This document shows, one piece after another, positions 62,801-64,000 of a stretch of DNA of 64,000 bases. Every line of letters starts with the position of its first letter. Position 1 is the stretch's first letter. This DNA comes from Schmidtea polychroa. Lineage: Eukaryota. The DNA lies in the NCBI GenBank assembly GCA_044892525.1, contig CM097886.1, positions 126,480,001 to 126,544,000 of the forward strand, written 5' to 3'. The position numbers and the translations under genes are program-made. The notes under the pieces are model-generated. The model searched no databases. It was not told the DNA's origin and worked only from the letters and a program-made list of their open reading frames with translations.

Positions 62801-64000
62801 ATCTAACAGCGATAGTGACGACGATGATGACGGGAACGATAAATGTCTTTATCCAAACAGAAACCCAAACGAAAAACCAATGGAAACGGCACCATATTGG
62901 GAAAAGGAAAAGACAAACACCTGGATCGCCAATGGAAGCTATATACCACCGGATATCGTGGGACCACAAGCAGCTTTGACCATGACACAAAATATGTATC
63001 CGCAATTACCGAGTCAACCCGGTATGCATTATATGCCGACACGACGTACCAAAAGTGTAGATCAAGCAGATGACGTAAGAACAATCGCAGCGATGAGTCT
63101 ACCTGGAGGTCCAGCAGTGACAGTCATGATCCAAATCAATGGTAAAGAAACCAATGCTATGATAGACACAGGAGCTAATGTATCAGCGATAGCGATTAAT
63201 CAAATCCCCAGTAAACACTGGAAAGATATCGAATCAACAACAATTCACATCATAGCATGTAGTAAAGAAATAGTGGACGTGGTCGGAAGATGGTGGACTA
63301 CTTTGAGATACCAGGACAACGAAATTGAAACGTATTTGGCAGTAATACCAAAACTTAGCGTACCATGCATAATCGGAACGGATTTGATGCCAGAATTGTT
63401 AAAAGAAGTCGTAATTGACTTAACCACCATGTGTCTAAAAGACAAAACCGGTAGAATATGCAAAATGAATGCAGTAATCAGATGTCCAGAAAAAATAATA
63501 GTACCAGCAAAATCGCAGATGATTTGTCAGATAAAAGTGGATACGGGTATGGAAGGAGAAGTTATCTTTGAACCAAGCAAGTCATTCGAAAAGCGACGAG
63601 AGTTACCACTCGCAAGGGAAATAATAACAATAAACCAAGAAGGAGTGATACCGCTCAACATCACGAATTTCGAAGAAGAAGACAAAATCATTTATGAGAA
63701 CGAAAAATTGGGAAGATTGACCCCAATGATGGACATAGAATTACCGAGAGTGACCAACGAGATGATCAAAGATGATGAATTATGGACAATAGATAGTATG
63801 TTGTTGACGAATGATGAAAAGAAAAAATTGCACCGTTTGTTGGTGGAATATAAAGATATATTCGCCATCTCAGATTTAGATTTGGGTACATGCGATGTTA
63901 CCCTACATGCAATACCCCTCATAGATGAAACTCCAATTGCATTAAGACCATACAAGCTAGCAGAAATGCAAAAAGAAATAGCCGAAGCAGAAGTACAAAA
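56757..64000 (+). CDS. Stop-free polyprotein frame (~2,414 codons, 3'-open): NC, Ubl x3, Bcl-2-like, signal, glycoprotein, TM, PR, dUTPase-like spacer, RT start
   Basis: Translated by hand in the frame with codon starts divisible by 3 without meeting a stop. The ORF track lists no terminated ORF in this frame, as expected for an ORF running off the end. Confidence 0.92.
57930..58149 (+). other. Ubiquitin/SUMO-like domain A in the polyprotein
   Basis: YVIKI..ERMWI..TDELFDWIREHLG..YLYQYQGEQIKPDMHLVDALIWPGETQILKL follows the beta-grasp pattern. Confidence 0.55.
58449..58700 (+). other. Ubiquitin-like domain B in the polyprotein
   Basis: LEITIWLPNEEKRRIKMSNQSTVDDLVSKINQEI...VMMYDKIILRAEDDTSLSEMGMWDNHQIIRIV parallels ubiquitin along its length. 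Confidence 0.7.
59394..59600 (+). other. Ubiquitin-like domain C in the polyprotein
   Basis: HIRIKYPDKSIEELEVHPTTKIRELKKKL..LQLFGKSLDD vs ubiquitin LEVEPSDTIENVKAKI..LIFAGKQLED. Confidence 0.72.
60153..60615 (+). other. Bcl-2-like helical domain in the polyprotein
   Basis: Central hydrophobic helix HLVVITYLMYNLMGLAA, then SIIENTIEPHIIRAGGWKRLI resembling BH2 (Bcl-xL: YLNDHLEPWIQENGGWDTFV). Confidence 0.65.
60720..62640 (+). CDS. env: Envelope glycoprotein segment, chuvirus-G/gB-type (class III-like): internal signal peptide, ~550-aa ectodomain with 14 Cys, furin site, TM
   Basis: Signal SLMMTMMIWMLCTSGATG|FTIYDC; YYCGQYS; DGSCNGG; REKR at 61518; GRMVGEVMYTYQC; CANELEI..FVQPVTRIM; NCSNAYGPLY; GGMYSPEDL; TM FLVFGQMMAGILGIILIIQIVRVIL. 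Confidence 0.85.
63114..64000 (+). CDS. pol: Pol start: retropepsin, dUTPase-like spacer, N-terminus of RT
   Basis: IQINGKETNAMIDTGANVS (DTG at 63165), CIIGTDLM; then KDIFAISDLDLG..HAIPLIDETPIALRPYKL, typical of the Ty3/gypsy pre-RT region. Confidence 0.93.

Larger units (their letters stand above)
48965..64000 (+). mobile_element. Giant envelope-bearing Ty3/gypsy LTR retroelement, 5' ~15 kb (continues past the window)
   Basis: LTR, PBS, leader, gag with CCHC knuckles, a glycoprotein, DTG protease and RT start lie in order on one strand. The 5' boundary is less certain than the rest. Confidence 0.88.

Noticed and set aside
55366-63955. Many minus-strand hydrophobic, Ser/Phe-rich ORFs
   Set aside because: Shadows of the A/G-rich sense polyprotein; no independent motifs.

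Overview
AT-rich, repeat-dense eukaryotic DNA with 9 N-gaps. The 47-50 nt introns, (TAA)n tracts and giant Ty3/gypsy content suggest a planarian flatworm (inference). One host gene is clear: a two-exon 5-HT2-like aminergic GPCR (785-2319). Positions ~3-48 kb are mostly transposon remnants: hAT elements and MITEs (several with 8-bp TSDs), Merlin, Penelope and gypsy-integrase fragments, three Polinton/Maverick-type pPolB pseudogenes, and solo LTRs with 4-bp TSDs. The last ~15 kb (48965-64000, running off the window) are the 5' part of an unusual giant Ty3/gypsy element. In order, it has a long 5' LTR containing its own ORF (also conserved in a diverged solo LTR at 3863-5817), a tRNA-Pro-like PBS, a separate IAP-type RING gene, a 5x74-bp array and gag. 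A stop-free frame of ~2,400 codons follows (absent from the ORF track because it has no stop): Zn knuckles, three ubiquitin-like domains, a Bcl-2-like domain, an internal signal peptide, a chuvirus/gB-type glycoprotein with a furin site and TM, then aspartic protease and the start of RT. The envelope protein thus lies in frame between Gag and Pol. All domain calls are by-eye motif recognition; no searches were run.
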